A stretch of DNA of 64,000 nt. Source: Octopus sinensis. Lineage: Eukaryota. Below the pieces are notes generated by a model. That model was not told the origin of the DNA. It did not search any database and saw nothing but the letters and a program-made list of their open reading frames with translations. The stretch spans positions 44,082,001 through 44,146,000 of the forward strand of contig NC_043014.1 of NCBI RefSeq assembly GCF_006345805.1, written 5' to 3'. Position 1 is the first letter of the stretch, and each line of letters opens with the position of its first letter. Below, in pieces: positions 61,319 to 64,000 of the stretch. A program made the translations under genes and the position numbers.

Positions 61319-62908
61319 TTCGCTGGTTCTGCGAGTTACACTTTTTCTGTTTTGGCGGCCGTTTTTCGGCCTGTCAGACAGGAGGAAATGGATGACCACT
61401 CCCTAGTGGAGGAGTCGGAGGAGGAATGGATATTTGAGAGCTTGTCGGAGACATCGAACTCTGAAGACGAGCAAATCGGTGATGTAAATAATGTGGAGAC
61501 AAAAAACAGGTAAACGTACGCAGGAGTTGCAAAAAAGAAGACGGAACAGGAAAATGAAATAAACCTAGAAAAATTGCCAGGTTTCCAGAGGTATATGAGG
61601 AAGGACAGCGGCGAGGTGGAACTGGAACCACCACCAAAGAGAAAGGAATGGTACAATAAGAGGACCATAATTTACAGGGTGTTCCTGAACGAAAGAAAGA
61701 AAATAGAGATCGTAAACATGGAATGGATAGAGGAGGCCCTCAGAAAATCGGAGGAGGAAATCATTTTTCTGACTCGAGGATCGAAGTACGGTACTGTAGT
61801 GGTACATTTTAAAAGTGAGACTGCAGCGAGGAAGATGGCGGTGAAGGCGGTGAAGTCAGAAAAGGTAACACTTTTACCTATGTACATGAATAGAAGGATT
61901 ACACGAGTAAGGGTGGAGGGAGTGCCACCAAACGTGGAGGCTGAATGGATTGTGGCGGCTGTGATCAGCGGCCACGAGGAGAAAGTAGATATTCTCCATG
62001 CCTCGGTCAAGACCGAGGGCTGGAGAGGAGTAACAGTAGAGCTGAACGTGCAGGCGGAGAGCGAGGTACTGGCGGACCTGGCGGAGAGCATTAAATTGGG
62101 AGACGTGATTATGAGAGTGTGAGTGGAGGGCAGAGCTCCATGTTGTTACAAGTGTGGCCTGAGGGGCCACATAAGAGCCTTCTGCCCTCCCCCACCAAGA
62201 GAAAAGGAAATCGTTGAGGAAACTCTAAAAGAGGAGGCCCCAAAAGAAGAAGAAATGAAAAAGAAGCAGACGGAAAGGGAAACGACAGAGGAGGAGGAGA
62301 TGCAAAAAGAGTGTGAGGAGGGCAGAAAGAAGAAAAAAGGAAAGAAAAGGAAAAACTGTGCGAAGCCCCAACCCACCCCAACACCACCCACACCCTTGGA
62401 GACCCATCCTGCCCCCGCAAACAGCAATCCCACCCACTCCCCGCCTACAAGAAAAACGAAAACAGACACACAGAACATACAAAAGCCCCAGTCCTACTTT
62501 TTATGTGTTGTGAGGAAGGGGGATACCGAGAACGCAAGAAAGCTTTTTGAAGACAATGTATGGCAGGAGTATGAGGACGGAAGTTATGCGGTGTTCGATT
62601 TTGAACTCATGGGCTCTTTGATGAGCAAGTGCAATGAACTACGTATAAATTGTTTTTCAGAATACATGAAGGATGATATGATAGAGAGGTATGAGAGAGA
62701 AATGAAAGGTGAGGTGAAAGACTTTGGAATCGTGATAGGAAACGGAAAGGTAAGTGATGCTGGCGGAGGGGGCCGTTAGCATCGCTTTCATGTTATCATT
62801 TTTTCATTTTAACATTTCATTTAATCATAATTTTAATCGCATTGTTTTATGTCCCCCATGTTTTGTAATGTTCCCTCTTCGTGGCCCCTAGTGGGTAATA
62901 AAGAAATA
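61319..62908 (+). mobile_element. ORF1-only element with two in-frame stops
   Basis: ORF 61388-62779 nearly identical to 50386-51777, but TAA at 61511 and TGA at 62120; same 3'UTR and tail. Confidence 0.9.
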
Positions 62909-64000
62909 GGATATTTGAGAACTTGTCGGAGACATCGAACTCTGAAGACGAGCAAACCGGTGATGTAAATAATGTGGAGATAAAAAATAGGAAAACGTAC
63001 GCAGGAGTTGCAAAAAAGAAGACGGCACAGGAAAAGGAAATAAACCTAGAAAAATTGCCAGGTTTCCAGAGGTATATGAGGAAGGACAGCGGCGAGGTGG
63101 AACTGGAACCACCGCCAAAGAGAAAGGAATGGTACGATAAAAGGACCATTATTTACAGGGTGTTCGCAAACGAAAGAAAGAAAATAGAAGTTGTAAACAT
63201 GGAGTGGATAGAGGAGGCCCTGAGAAGATCGGAGGAGGAAATCATTTTTCTGACTCGAGGATCGAAGTACGGTACGGTAGTGGTACATTTTAAAAGTGAG
63301 ACTGCAGCGAGGAAGATGGCGGCGAAGGCGGTGAAGTCAGAAAAGGTAACACTTTTACCTATGTATTTGAATAGAAGGATTACACGAGTGAGGGTGGAGG
63401 GAGTGCCACCAAACGTTGAGGCAGAGTGGATTGTGGCGGCTGTGATCAGCGGCCACGAGGAGGAAGTGGATATTCTCCATGCCTCGGTCAAGACCGAGGG
63501 CTGGAGAGGCGTAACAGTGGAGCTGAACGTGCAGGCAGAAAACGAGGTACTGGTGGACCTGGTGGAAAGCATCAGATTGGGAGACGTGATTATGAGAGTG
63601 TGGATGGAGGGCAGAGCTCCACGTTGTTACAAGTGTGGCCTGAGGGGCCACATAAGAGCCTTCTGCCCTCCCCCACCAAGAGAAAAGGAAATCGTTGAGG
63701 AAGCTCCAAAAGAGGAGGCCCCAAAAGAGGAAGAAATTAAAGAGAAGCAGACGGAAAGGGAAACGACAGAGGAGGAGGAGATGCAAAAAGAGTGGGAGGA
63801 GGGCAGAAAGAAGAGAAAAGGAAAGAAAAGGAAAAACTGTGCGAAGCCCCAACCCACCCCAACACCACCCACACCCTTGGAGACCCATCCTGCCCCTGCA
63901 AACAGCGATTCCACCCACTCCCCGCCTACAAGAAAAACGAAAACAGACACACAGAACATACAAAAGCCCCAGTCCTACTTTTTATGTGTTGTGAGGAAGG
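62909..64000 (+). mobile_element. 5'-truncated ORF1-type element in tandem, runs off the window
   Basis: Begins GGATATTTGAGA directly after the previous tail; reading frame appears open to the window edge. Confidence 0.88.

Overview
This is an AT-rich, repeat-dense animal genomic window. It is most likely octopus or another cephalopod, inferred from tRNA-Arg-headed SINEs resembling the octopus OR families and TTAGGG tracts. Between the repeats lies a tandem cluster of a divergent gene family with uninterrupted CDSs. Each encodes a disordered N-terminus plus four C-terminal TM helices. There are 6 open copies, 1 frameshifted copy, 1 decayed pseudogene, and an orphan upstream module for a probable 9th copy. 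I do not recognise the family. The copies share a conserved upstream module (AAGTGAAGTTTGAT..CTAAGAATTGAAACCG) that resembles IRF-binding elements. The window also holds a non-LTR retroelement system: ORF1-only (HAL1-like) elements with a CCHC knuckle, Tx1/L1-like ORF2 3' fragments and an abundant SINE, which share a related 3' tail. The ORF1-only elements and the SINE form head-to-tail arrays. Two ORF1-only arrays sit at the same position in the upstream module of two paralogues. Other content: 16 copies of a Merlin-like MITE, a hammerhead-bearing tRNA/Penelope-like SINE, a 28S rRNA fragment ending just before the R2 site, Tc1, CR1, RTE, hAT and Helitron relics, and minisatellites. All calls were made by eye, with no database searches.
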